NCBI GenBank assembly: GCA_965218585.1 | Contig: CBDCLE010000002.1 | Span: forward strand, 128,001-192,000 | Source: Terriglobia bacterium | GTDB taxonomy: Bacteria; Acidobacteriota; Terriglobia; 20CM-2-55-15 | Direction: 5' to 3' | Length of the DNA stretch: 64,000 nucleotides | Shown: positions 19,293-29,357 of the stretch, piece after piece | Layout of the letters: each line of letters begins with the position of its first letter | How positions within the stretch are numbered: position 1 is the first letter of the stretch | The notes under the pieces: generated by a model | The model's database searches: none | What the model was told of the DNA's origin: nothing | The model's input: only the letters and a program-made list of their open reading frames with translations | Position numbers and translations under genes: made by a program

Positions 19293-20151
19293 CTCGCGGA
19301 TGTTGTGCTTCCCGGCGAACTCTTGGACATAGCGGTCCAGGTGCTTCGGGCTGATCTTGTGGAACGTTCCCTTGTGGGCACGTTTCAGCATTGACCAAAA
19401 CGATTCGATCCCGTTGGTATGGGCCATCCCGTTGACGTACTCGCCTACGGAGTGCTTCACGCTCCGATGCTGGAAGGGAAGGCCCTCGTAGGCACCGGCA
19501 TCATCGGTATAGACTGTCGCGCCTTCGTCGGCATGATCCATGACGAAGCCTTGCAGCGTCGGTACTCCGTACCACCTGGGCCGCGACTTTCTTAGTCGCT
19601 CTGTCTTTGATCCCGACCACAGCCGTCTTCCCGACCGATCCCCGCCCGGTAAGAGCTTCGCGCTTCGACTTGGGCATGTTCCGCCGTTTTCCCCCAAAGT
19701 AGCTCTCGTCCACTTCGACCGGGCCTGAGTAATCGCCGTCGCCGTTGTGCCCGGCCCACGCCTCACGGATGCGATGCAGCATGAACCAAGCGGTAGGCTG
19801 CGATACTCCAATGTCTCTGTGGAGCTTCATGCTCGATACGCTCTTCAGGCTCGTCAGGCAGAGGTAAATGGCTATCGCCCACTTGCGAAGAGGAACATTC
19901 GACCGGGCGATTGGTGTGCCTGTGCGGACGCTGAAGTAGCTTCGGCAATCGGCACACCAATAAGGCATGGGCTTACTGTTGGGAACTTCGCTTGTCTTTA
20001 CGCTTCCACACTTCCCACAGCAGCGCCCACTGCTCCACAGGACAGACTCAAACCACTTCGTCGCCGCTTCCTCTGTCGGAAACATATTCATCAGATCAAT
20101 GAGTGTCAGGCCCTTTCGGTGAGCTTTTCCGGGTGCGGTATAGTGTTTCAT
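19182..20151 (-). pseudogene. IS1595 transposase, frameshifted near 19555
   Basis: Zn ribbon CGKC...CADC and VEVDESYFGG in one frame; TDD...HTNGIESFWSMLKR in another. Confidence 0.9.
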
Positions 20152-20221
20152 GCGTCCCCCTGAGTGATGAGAACAGTATGACAGGCAGACAGCATGCTGT
20201 CAAGTAAAGTTTATAATCCCT

Positions 20222-20524
20222 ATTACTTTCTATGAGTTCCCGAAACAACACTGGGTGCATCTGAGAACAACCAACATCGTCGAATCGCCCTTCGACATGG
20301 TTCGCCTCCGCACCAACGCCGCTCGCCGATTCAAGCGTGTCGAGAATGCAACGGCAATGATCTGGAAGCTACTACGTGTCGCTGAGAAGGCTTGGCGACA
20401 CTTAAAAGGATCCGAACTCTTACAAGAGGTCTATGATGGTCAGCAATTCGCTGACGGCATCAGAGTCGTGATGAAATCGAAGGCCGCCGCCTGATGACTT
20501 TTACACACCTTTTGTAATGACCTC
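20222..20524 (+). mobile_element. IS256 3' fragment abutting the IS1595 end
   Basis: Nearly identical to the last ~300 bp of the other IS256 copies, including the terminal IR. Confidence 0.92.
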
Positions 20525-20556
20525 AGGATTGAATTGTCTTCGTCTTCCACTGGGAC

Positions 20557-21357
20557 TTACTCTCGGGTCCGGATGAAAATATCCCCGTTGACGGTCCGGA
20601 ATTCAAAAACGGGACCTCCCCCGTTGATCGCTCCCGTAAGGTCCCGCCCTATGTCGATTCGGTTACCCCTCCTGATAGCACCGTCATCTTCGATGGCATC
20701 AAGCTGGACCTCAAAATCAGTGTAGATATCACCGTTGACCGTGCTCATTCTCAAGTTCGCTCCTGTGTCGGCCGGGAGGGTAACGTCAACGTCTCCATTC
20801 ACTGAAGAAAAGCTCATGAGCTTGTCGGGGGTCAGGCGTGTCATCGTGACTCGAAGGTCGTCGTTCTGGGAATAGGCCACTACCGAACCTGCGACGTTCG
20901 TCAACGTGACGGCCTCGTTCATGGTCGTCACCTCGATGTCGCCGTCAACGCCTTCAACGTCAATTTCACCGTTGGTGGACTCGATCTGAAGGTTCGTTCC
21001 GGTTGGAACCTGGATGCTGATGTCACCTGTGTCCGAGCGGTCACCTCGAATCGACACAACGTTGTTGTCTTCTTCGACTGAAAATCGGCCCCCGGTCAAG
21101 CGACGCAATCCCCGAACGTCAGGATCGGGTCTGAAAGCGGCGGCGTTGACGGTAACGATCACGTCTCTTCCAGCATGGGCATTGATCGTAACGTCTCCCT
21201 GAAACATGCGCACATTCAGGGTTGCCGGGCGGTCAGGATCGCTCAACGTAATCGTCAGGAAATTCGGATCCGGATCCTGCTTGGCCGATACAGAGACGGT
21301 CGGTGCGGGCCCAATCACCATCGCAACTGCGAGCAATATGGACGCTGTCGTTTTCAT
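20557..21357 (-). CDS. DUF4097 beta-strand repeat protein
   Basis: Signal peptide MKTTASILLA, repeated TNGEI/VNGDV/VNGDI motifs, INGGGP. Confidence 0.88.
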   Translation of the reverse strand: MKTTASILLAVAMVIGPAPTVSVSAKQDPDPNFLTITLSDPDRPATLNVRMFQGDVTINAHAGRDVIVTVNAAAFRPDPDVRGLRRLTGGRFSVEEDNNVVSIRGDRSDTGDISIQVPTGTNLQIESTNGEIDVEGVDGDIEVTTMNEAVTLTNVAGSVVAYSQNDDLRVTMTRLTPDKLMSFSSVNGDVDVTLPADTGANLRMSTVNGDIYTDFEVQLDAIEDDGAIRRGNRIDIGRDLTGAINGGGPVFEFRTVNGDIFIRTRE

Positions 21358-21365
21358 GATTCTTC

Positions 21366-22181
21366 TCACTGCAATTGTTCCAGGCCCCATGCGGCACTCA
21401 GGCGAACGCCCTCGTTGAGGTTCGCGTCTTCGACGAACATGCGTAGCGTCTCCACCGACTCCCTTTGCCGTAAGGCGACCATGAAATCGACAAGGGCTGC
21501 CTGAACGAGGGGCGATTCCTCTTCCATCAACGCCCGCAGTGTGCCCTGCCGCACAACCTGGATTCCCCCAAACTTTTTCAGGGCGTCCACTGCCGCGAGC
21601 CGAACATTGACATTCGGATCGAGCATGAGCGTATCGATCAGAGCCACAAGCAGGTCGTTGCCGGGTCCTTCGATCCAATTACTCCAGCTCAAGCCTCGCA
21701 ACCGCTCGCTCGCGGACTGTTGCTGCATCAAAGACAGCGCCGCCAGTTGCCGCGTCTCTTCGAGTTCAGCGCGGAGCTGGCCCAGATCCTGCTCCTGGTC
21801 GGACGAAACTCGAGAATACTGACCAATGGCGATGCCGACGACGAGCAGGACCAGAGCAAATCCGAACTGCAAGACCGGCTGGCGCGGCCACCGCCTCCCG
21901 AACCAGAAGTTGACGTTTTCCCATACCGAGGGCCTTGGCGCCGCTTTCAGGCTGCGGCCATATGCCTCGATCATCATGTCGAAACGTGCCCGCATGGCGT
22001 CGGAATCAGGCTTTTCAGCCCGCAACGCGCCAAGTTGGCTCCAGACCCACCCGAGTCCTTCGGCCTCTTCACGACAGGATTGGCATGAGACCAAATGTTC
22101 TTCGACCAACCCACGGTCCAGCGGGTCCAGACCTTCGATCACATGCTCGGCAAGCTGGTTTCGGACTTCTTCGCAATGCAT
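21366..22181 (-). CDS. zf-HC2 anti-sigma factor with HEAT repeats
   Basis: MHCEEVR...HLVSCQSCR, TM helix, SASERLRG, DPNVNVRLAAVDAL. Confidence 0.9.
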   Translation of the reverse strand: MHCEEVRNQLAEHVIEGLDPLDRGLVEEHLVSCQSCREEAEGLGWVWSQLGALRAEKPDSDAMRARFDMMIEAYGRSLKAAPRPSVWENVNFWFGRRWPRQPVLQFGFALVLLVVGIAIGQYSRVSSDQEQDLGQLRAELEETRQLAALSLMQQQSASERLRGLSWSNWIEGPGNDLLVALIDTLMLDPNVNVRLAAVDALKKFGGIQVVRQGTLRALMEEESPLVQAALVDFMVALRQRESVETLRMFVEDANLNEGVRLSAAWGLEQLQ

Positions 22182-22732
22182 GATTCTTCTCTGTTTGAAA
22201 GTTTCAAGAAAATGTTTCGGAGATCCTTAACGGCCCGATGCACCCGCACTTTGACCGCACCTACGCTGACCTCGAGTAATTCAGCGATCTCTTCGTACTT
22301 GAGCTCCTGATAGCGGGCCAGTACAAGAAGCTCGCGCTTCTCTTCAGGGAGTTGGGAAAGCACTCGCTCGAGGAGCGCACTGTTTTCGTCCCGTTCCAGT
22401 TGCTCGCCGGGAAACGGCGTATCGCTCGGGCGAAGTTCATCCACCTGTTCCTGCGGACCCCGTTTTCTGAAGTAGTCGACCCGGGCATTGCGTGCAATGT
22501 GAAACATCCATGCCCTGAAACGTCCCTCATCACGAAAAGTGCCCCGGTACTTCAATATCCGAAAAAACACGTCCTGCACAAGGTCATCCGCCGCCGTCCG
22601 ACTGCCCGTCACACGACAAAAAAACTGGAAGAGAGGCACGTGGTGGCGCTCAAACAAGGTCCCAAGCTCCCCTACGTTCCCGTTCCTGACAGCGCGCATC
22701 AGGGATTCATCTGTTTGGTCCATTCTCTCCAT
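22139..22732 (-). CDS. ECF RNA polymerase sigma factor
   Basis: DDLVQDVF, AWMFHIARN, YEEIAELL...AVKVRVHRA. Confidence 0.95.
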   Translation of the reverse strand: MERMDQTDESLMRAVRNGNVGELGTLFERHHVPLFQFFCRVTGSRTAADDLVQDVFFRILKYRGTFRDEGRFRAWMFHIARNARVDYFRKRGPQEQVDELRPSDTPFPGEQLERDENSALLERVLSQLPEEKRELLVLARYQELKYEEIAELLEVSVGAVKVRVHRAVKDLRNIFLKLSNREESCIAKKSETSLPSM

Positions 22733-22793
22733 CTATGAAAACCGCCGTTCTGGCGAAAGGTACGCCCTGGCAGAATATTCTTTTCCCCACCTC

Positions 22794-22820
22794 TGTAACC
22801 TTTTCGTAGAAACAACGGTC
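22794..22820 (+). promoter_or_regulatory. ECF-type promoter facing away from the sigma gene
   Basis: TGTAACC-N15-CGGTC. A similar GTACC...CGGTT on the minus strand precedes the sigma gene. Confidence 0.4.
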
Positions 22821-24317
22821 GCCGACCTGGAACTGCCAATCGATATCCATGTTTTTGCGGCCGGTGTCGACGTCCAGCAAGCTCCAGTGCACCTGTTCGG
22901 CGCTTGACAGCCAATTCATCATCGGCATCGCGTCGTTCCATTCTATCGGCGGTGCGAAGAGCCCGGCCTCAAACTCCATGGCGCGCACGATCGAGAGCGG
23001 CAGGTTCTCAACGTCCAGTGTGAGTTCGAGGCGGTGGTCGACCGGACGATCGAAATATTGGCGGTAGTCGTCGATGTCGGAGGACACGTCAACGTTCTCG
23101 CGCAGGGCGAGGAAAGCGGAAGCGTGGTCGGTGGAAGTCGCATCCTCTCGGACCACCACCGTACCCAGCAGGTCGGTATGCGGATAGAACTCACCGCGAA
23201 ACTCGTCGATCGCCTGAATGGAGTTAGTGACGGGCACCTCGCCCGCCTCGTCGAACAGAACCTCGACGATATAGCGCTCCGCCGGTGCGATCACGACCGA
23301 GTTGACCCATTCCTCGCGCTCGTACTTGCTCACGTCGGAGCCGACGATCTTAATGGGTGCTCCGCCGAACACGACGTTGAACGTTCGCGTGTTTGCGACG
23401 TTTGTCAGGTGGAACCGTACGACGTCGCCTCTGTCCACATCCAGCCGGTAGTCGGTCGCGCCGTTGACGAGCATCACGTTTCCGAACCGGCCCATCAGAG
23501 CATGCGTGGCGGCCTGCTCGCCGTAAGGAATCGGCCCGAGATCGTCCATCAGAAGGTCGTCAAGAATCAGCGCCTCTTCATGGTTGACGGGGCTGTAGTA
23601 GGCGGGTTCCGGTGCCTCGACGAGCAGGTTGCCGTAAAGGCCGAGATCCTGCTGGATGTCTTCGCGCACGTGTGGGTGATACCAGTAGATCCCGGAGTCG
23701 CGGAAGAAGATCTCGTAACGGAACGATTCCCCGTAAGCAACCGGGGGTTGGGTCACGTTCGGAACGCCGTCGAAGCGGTTGTCCAGCCGGATGCCATGCC
23801 AGTGCACGGTCGTCTCGTCCGGAATATCGTTGTGGAAGTTGACTACGATCGTGGCGCCTCGGGGCGCCCGGATGAGCGGACCCGGATACATCCCGTTGTA
23901 GCCGTACATGACGAGCGTCTTGCCATTGATCGTACGCCGGACGAGCGACGCACGGATGTCGATCTCGTCACCGTCGGCCATGTCTACGATCGCCCCGGGC
24001 ACGGCTTCGGGCAGCGACATCAGATCGAGATCGCCTCCCGGCAGGAGCGGGTCGACAATCGGGGTCGTGCCTATCAGATCGGGCAGCATCGGCATCGGCC
24101 GATCCATAGGCGGCATGCGCCAGGCTGCGGGATCTGACGTCATCTGCATGCCCGGCATCTCTTGCCCGGCCTCGGGCATCGATGGCATCTCTTCGGATAC
24201 TGACGGGTTCTGTTGCGATTCGAGAGGCTGGGAGAGCCCTGCTGTGAGCAGGGTGGCGCCGGCAATCACGCCCAGGAGCGTGGGGAGGATGCCGATCCGC
24301 CGGCCTGGTGTTGTCAC
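22817..24317 (-). pseudogene. Multicopper oxidase, C-terminally truncated
   Basis: HWHG and WYHPH present, with a Met-rich N-terminus. Homology ends at WQFQVGD; the HPxHxHG and HCH motifs of domain 3 are absent. GTGA overlap start. Confidence 0.85.
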
Positions 24318-24949
24318 TGGTTGCTGATCGACCGGCCCGGGTTGTCGCCAAAACCATACTTTGCGCACGGCTCACCCACATACGGTCCGTGACCGGCCAT
24401 GGTGTGCATCGCGCCGCTCCGGGACATGCCGCGCGACACGATCGGGCCGCTCCACTTTGTCGCCCCCGGATCGTCGGCGGACTCGAGAGTAAGCACGACG
24501 AGGTACTTGTTCCACTCGACCCGGCCGTTGACCAAACCGTTCGCATCGAGCACACCGAGCCGCTTTATGTTGTCGACCTCCGCAGTCGTGAGCCAGACGG
24601 TGTAATGGCCATCCTGCGCCTTCAGACCTTCGAAGCCGACGGTCAGGTCGTAGATGTAGCTGCCGTCGGGAGCGATCGAGACGCCGAACGGCGATCTGGC
24701 GAACGACGCCTGGCCAAGCCCGCGCGAGCGCCCCGTTCCCGGAACCCGCCCGGTCTTGACCATCTCAATGGCGTAATACGGCAGGTTCAGCGATGGAAGT
24801 TCGGTTATAGAACAAGGATTACCCGAAAGGCTCGGAACCGTGGCCGCGTGGACCTCGAGAGTTGCGACCGGTGGCACCAAAGGGAATTCGCACACGGCGA
24901 GAAGAAACAGGACGACCCCCGCGCCACCGAATCTCCGGAGCGTTGTCAT
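24314..24949 (-). CDS. Hypothetical exported protein with a His/Met-containing tail
   Basis: ATGA and GTGA overlaps with both neighbours; signal peptide; GMSRSGAMHTMAGHG. Confidence 0.8.
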   Translation of the reverse strand: MTTLRRFGGAGVVLFLLAVCEFPLVPPVATLEVHAATVPSLSGNPCSITELPSLNLPYYAIEMVKTGRVPGTGRSRGLGQASFARSPFGVSIAPDGSYIYDLTVGFEGLKAQDGHYTVWLTTAEVDNIKRLGVLDANGLVNGRVEWNKYLVVLTLESADDPGATKWSGPIVSRGMSRSGAMHTMAGHGPYVGEPCAKYGFGDNPGRSISNQ

Positions 24950-26289
24950 TGCAGGCCTTCCAAATTCTCTTCCCACTCCTGAGCACTGGAGATGTTGGGC
25001 ATACCCCAGTCCTCGCCCCTCCAGCCCAGAAATCCCTCCATCTTGAAGGTCCAGAAGCCGGTCGTCATGTCACTGACGACGATGAGGCCATCGGCGTTTC
25101 GCACATCCACGCCGAACGCCCCGTTAAACATCGAGTTGCGTCTCGTGTTCGGCGGCCCGACGTAGGTGTCGTAATATCCAACCGTCACCGGGTTTTTCGG
25201 GTCCAGCATGCTGAACACCTGGAGACCATCGAGGTAGCCCGAAACGAACACGTAGGGATAGCGCACCTCGTGGTTGTGCGTCAGGTTCTTCCAGTCCGCC
25301 GTCCATCCTGAGATGGGCCTGGAGATGTTCTCGACCTCTCCACTCAAACCCGGCTCGAGATCGAAAATACGCAGCGGGGCGTACTGATACTCGGTTTCGG
25401 CAATGACATAGCGGCCGTCCGGCGTCGGGGTGAAGGTATGACCGTTCTGAACACCGCTGATACCGGTCAAACTGACCAGTAGTTCGGGTTGTTCCAGATC
25501 CGTAATGTTGTAGACGTAGTAACCACCGGTGCCGCCGCCATAGAAACGGTCCTCGCCGTCGTCGGGCTGGTACCCTGCATAGAAGTCGTGGTAGCCGCGA
25601 CGGCCATCTGTTTCATCCGCAACCGGAATTCGGGCGATCATAGCCTGCTCGACACGACCCTCGACTACCAGGCCCAGGTCGTACACGGCCGCGTACGGGG
25701 CCCCGATCGTCGCGATCAGCAGCACCCGGCCGCTGCTGTGCTTGTAAACGAATATGTTGTGGAAGCCGCCGGGTGTTTCGGGCTCACGCAGCCGCGCCAC
25801 CTCCCGGACAGTGGTCGGATCCGGCAGACCCGTCACGTCGACGATCACCGCACCCAGGTCGCTGTCGGGACCACCCTGGCCGAACTGCAACGACTGGACG
25901 AAGTAATAGCGGCCGTCCCACTTGAAGTGCTTGACGTCCATGCCTCCATTGCCGAGGTGAAGATCCTGATCCTCGATCCGCCACCGGTAGATCACCTTCG
26001 GACTTGATGGGTCCGAGATATCGATCACGTCCGTACCCTTGTCGCCCTCGTCGCCATAGACCATGCGGGCCACATAGGCGAATGGCCGCGAGAGCTCCTG
26101 CTCCATATCGATATCGGCCACGCTGAGCCTGGGACCGAGTGGGATGTGGCCGAGCACTTCGATGTTATCGCTGCCCGGTTTCTCCGGTGTCCAGAGGGCC
26201 ACACCCTGGCCCAGCGCGCCCGGTACTACGATCGGAAGTGCTGCTGCCACTACGAACGCAATGACGAAAATGGATTGGCGTTTCTTCAA
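24946..26289 (-). CDS. LVIVD-repeat beta-propeller protein
   Basis: Signal peptide; VIDISDPSSP, IVDVTGLPDP, YNITDLEQP and FSMLDPKNPVTVGYYDT repeats; several conserved His. Confidence 0.85.
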   Translation of the reverse strand: MKKRQSIFVIAFVVAAALPIVVPGALGQGVALWTPEKPGSDNIEVLGHIPLGPRLSVADIDMEQELSRPFAYVARMVYGDEGDKGTDVIDISDPSSPKVIYRWRIEDQDLHLGNGGMDVKHFKWDGRYYFVQSLQFGQGGPDSDLGAVIVDVTGLPDPTTVREVARLREPETPGGFHNIFVYKHSSGRVLLIATIGAPYAAVYDLGLVVEGRVEQAMIARIPVADETDGRRGYHDFYAGYQPDDGEDRFYGGGTGGYYVYNITDLEQPELLVSLTGISGVQNGHTFTPTPDGRYVIAETEYQYAPLRIFDLEPGLSGEVENISRPISGWTADWKNLTHNHEVRYPYVFVSGYLDGLQVFSMLDPKNPVTVGYYDTYVGPPNTRRNSMFNGAFGVDVRNADGLIVVSDMTTGFWTFKMEGFLGWRGEDWGMPNISSAQEWEENLEGLQ

Positions 26290-26349
26290 GGGTCACCTCG
26301 TGTGCAAAGGAATAGTGGGTGGATTATAACAAAGTTCAGGGGACGCGGT

Positions 26350-26856
26350 TCAGTACCCGGAGACACCGCGCCTTTCAGCAAGATAGAAAAGGATGTCCAC
26401 GTTACCCGGCACCTGCCCGAGCGTCCTAAGCAGAAGCGCGACCTGCCCCCGGTGATGAACGCCGTGATTGGCCCCGTGCTGCATCAACTCTCCCAAAGGC
26501 ATCGAATGCTTCGACTGTCCGATTGAGAATTCGACGACGCGATCCAGATCTTCGTCTTTCAAGCGGGACAGAAATTCGCGCACGCCCGTTTCGACTTCGC
26601 TCCACCTCTGGAGAACGGATTCAACCGTCTGGAAATCATCATGCTTGAGACGCGGGCCCCTCTTCGGACCGCCACAGCGATCGAGCCAACCCGCTTCGGC
26701 ACTCATTACGTGGACCAGCGTGTTCCTTATGGATCCGTAGCTTCCCGCAACAGCCTCGGTGAATTGCTCCGGTGCCAGCTGTTCAATCACGCCAAAGAGT
26801 TTTCTGTTGGCCCAGTAACCGTAATCGTAAAGGCTTTCCAGATCTTTAACGGTCAT
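26350..26856 (-). CDS. DinB family protein
   Basis: SIRNTLVH and HGANHGVHHRGQ. Confidence 0.92.
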   Translation of the reverse strand: MTVKDLESLYDYGYWANRKLFGVIEQLAPEQFTEAVAGSYGSIRNTLVHVMSAEAGWLDRCGGPKRGPRLKHDDFQTVESVLQRWSEVETGVREFLSRLKDEDLDRVVEFSIGQSKHSMPLGELMQHGANHGVHHRGQVALLLRTLGQVPGNVDILFYLAERRGVSGY

Positions 26857-27299
26857 CTGTTCCTCTCTTTCTGCTCTGACCCTCGACTGTCGGATGTCCG
26901 CCTTACATACGGGATCAGCCAGATCGCCGCGAGTACAGCCAAATCAAGAGCAGCATGGAAGAGCCTGAGGAGGGATTCTGACGGCGGCGCTACGGCACCG
27001 AGAACACGCTGCAGGTCCGCGCCTTCGTTGGGAACGAGCTGCGTCTCGGCGTGTGCGATCAAACCTTCTCGTTGACGACGAGCCGAATCGAGCGCCCAGA
27101 AGTTGGACGCTGCGAAAAGGAGAAAACCGATCGTCAGCACGGTCGGGACTATTTGAGTACGTCAGGCAAGTTTCGATGAGCCCAGAAAGCCCAATATCGC
27201 GGTCACGACTACAATGTACAGATTCCAGTACGCCTGCATCGCATCGGCCCTCGCGAAAACAAACTCGAGCGTCTGTTGCAAATTTAGCAGATCGTCCAT
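26853..27299 (-). pseudogene. Small membrane protein with in-frame TGA at 27162-27164
   Basis: AAGGAG RBS then MDDLLNLQ...AYWNLYIVVVTAILGFLGSSKLA*RTQIVPTVLTIGFLLF..., continuing in frame. Confidence 0.75.
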
Positions 27300-27348
27300 G
27301 GTTCTCCTTGTCGCTTGCTGACAGCTAACGATTGTCGCCAACCCAGGC

Positions 27349-28833
27349 CTAAGCGTTCATTATGACTTCGATATCCGGTTTGATACGGGCCTCGGGACCG
27401 GCCAGCGAGATCCCAACAAAAAGGACAAGCGAAACCGCCAGTGACAGAGCTCCGACATCGATACCCAGCGGCGGCGTGATCCCGGTCACCTGGCTTCCCA
27501 CATTGATCAGAAGGCTGACTATAACGGCAGTGTTTGCAGCCGGCACCGAGGCACGCTTCCAGTTCAGGCCAATGGCCACCACGGGAACCAGCGCTGCCGC
27601 GAAGGTGCCCCATCCGAAAGCCCCCAACAGAGCGACCAGATCCCCTGTGTAGAGCGCGAACAAGGAGGCCGCAACGGCGATGGCGACGGTAGCGACTCGG
27701 GCCCACCACAATCGGTTGCCGGCCGGCCGGCCCAGGACAGCGGTCGGAATGTCGTGGACGAGGGCGGCAGTACCGATGTTCAGGAATCCGTCGGCCGTGG
27801 ACATGATGGCGGCCAGTAGCCCGGCGAAGACAACACCGGCCAGAAGCGGATGGGTGTAATTCTGAAGGAACTGGGGTGCAGCCGCATCAGGAGTCAGAAG
27901 CGCAGGATGGGCGCCGCTGACGACCAGGGCCCGCATCGCCAGGCCGATACCCAGCCACAGCAAGGCCGAAGCGATGTAGGCAAGGAACGTCAACGGTGCG
28001 ATGTATTTGATGTCGCGGATCCGCCGCATCATCATCGACTTGGTGATGACGTGAGGTTGCCCTACGGCTCCAACACCGAACATGAAGAACCACGACAGAC
28101 AGCCCATAATACCCAGAGTGCCCCAGGGCCCAATCGCCTCGGCGTCGTCCGCCATGATGATCTGGCTGATCTCGGTGAGGCCACCGTCGAAGGTCGTCAA
28201 GACCGTGACGAAAACCAGAACCGAAGCCGCGACCATGACGCCGCCCTGAATCAGATCCGTGTAAACGGAAGCCAGGATTCCTCCGGTAACCGTGTAAAAG
28301 AGCAGGACGGAGCACGATATGGCAACGCTCATGCCCAGGCTGATATCGGTCCAGACACCGGCGCCTTGAAGGATGTCCTGAAGAACGATGGCCATCGCGA
28401 GGATCTGCGTTGCGAGATAACCGATCACGCCGATAAGAATTACGACCGCCACCGACGCTCTCACGGAGTCGCTCTCATACCGGGCGGCCACGACATCAGG
28501 CAGCGAAATGCAATTGCGTAGCTCGGCGAAAAGACGAATCCGCTTCGCGATCAGAGCAAAGCTGATCACGCCACCAATCCCCGCAGCCACTACCATCCAC
28601 ATCGAGCTCATACCCATGAGGTAGACCAGTCCCGGTCCCCCCACAAACCCGAATCCGCTCAGGATGCTTGAAAAGAGGGCGAAAGCGGTCACGAGCACGC
28701 CCAGATTTCGACCCGCCATGAAAAAGTCTTCGGTGGTCCGGGTCCTCTTGTACGCCCAGAGCCCCATCGCGATGCATACGATGAAATAGATCGCTACCGA
28801 TATCAGTATGATGAGTGGTCTGGCCTGCTCCAT
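27349..28833 (-). CDS. Sodium:solute symporter (SSS, PutP/PanF-like)
   Basis: DFFMAGRNLG, GGILASVYTD, AAIMSTAD, many TM helices. Confidence 0.93.
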   Translation of the reverse strand: MEQARPLIILISVAIYFIVCIAMGLWAYKRTRTTEDFFMAGRNLGVLVTAFALFSSILSGFGFVGGPGLVYLMGMSSMWMVVAAGIGGVISFALIAKRIRLFAELRNCISLPDVVAARYESDSVRASVAVVILIGVIGYLATQILAMAIVLQDILQGAGVWTDISLGMSVAISCSVLLFYTVTGGILASVYTDLIQGGVMVAASVLVFVTVLTTFDGGLTEISQIIMADDAEAIGPWGTLGIMGCLSWFFMFGVGAVGQPHVITKSMMMRRIRDIKYIAPLTFLAYIASALLWLGIGLAMRALVVSGAHPALLTPDAAAPQFLQNYTHPLLAGVVFAGLLAAIMSTADGFLNIGTAALVHDIPTAVLGRPAGNRLWWARVATVAIAVAASLFALYTGDLVALLGAFGWGTFAAALVPVVAIGLNWKRASVPAANTAVIVSLLINVGSQVTGITPPLGIDVGALSLAVSLVLFVGISLAGPEARIKPDIEVIMNA

Positions 28834-29357
28834 CACTCGGTTTCCTCTTCCCGCGTCTGGTTCGAGCGCATGAGTTCCTCGATCGAACGCTCGTCCTCTT
28901 CCGTGAAATACCAGCGGTCGAAGTGGAATGCGCACACCAGCAACATCAGCATGGGAAAGAGCCACACACCGTAGATCATCCAGGCCGTGGGCCGAGGAAG
29001 GCCGCCGAAGAAACTGTTCTGGTTCCCTGCCGCATAACTCGCATAGCTAGCGACCAGCCCGGTGAAGAGCAACGCCAGGCACGCGAAACCGGCAACCAGC
29101 GATCTAGCGAGCGCGCCACCCCGGCCGTCCTTGCCGACGCCCAGCAGGACCAGTGCAGTCATGACCGCGAGAATCGCGAGGGCCATTGAATAGCCCAGCC
29201 ATAGCGTGCCCTCGGACCCTCGATCGGCGATTTCCAACGACGTGTAGACACTGTGAAGCTGGGCAGCGGGCCTGGCCGAGGGAGACAGAAAGAAGCCACC
29301 GACGATGATGAGGAGCAAGGCTACCGAGCTCGCGAACAGGAGCCAGGACTGGCGCAT
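28833..29357 (-). CDS. Membrane protein coupled to the SSS gene
   Basis: About 4 TM helices, FGGLP motif, overlapping start/stop codons on both sides. Confidence 0.8.
   Translation of the reverse strand: MRQSWLLFASSVALLLIIVGGFFLSPSARPAAQLHSVYTSLEIADRGSEGTLWLGYSMALAILAVMTALVLLGVGKDGRGGALARSLVAGFACLALLFTGLVASYASYAAGNQNSFFGGLPRPTAWMIYGVWLFPMLMLLVCAFHFDRWYFTEEDERSIEELMRSNQTREEETE

Larger units (their letters stand above)
16776..20221 (-). mobile_element. IS1595-family transporter element (about 3.45 kb) with passenger genes
   Basis: TIRs GGGATTATAAACTCTACTTGAC (16777) and GTCAAGTAAAGTTTATAATCCC (ending 20220), 1 mismatch in 22 bp. Encloses the transposase plus three ORFs. No TSD. Confidence 0.88.

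Noticed and set aside
27162-27164. In-frame TGA as a second selenocysteine
   Set aside because: It lies in a loop of a membrane protein with no redox motif and no evident downstream hairpin. A nonsense mutation is more likely.
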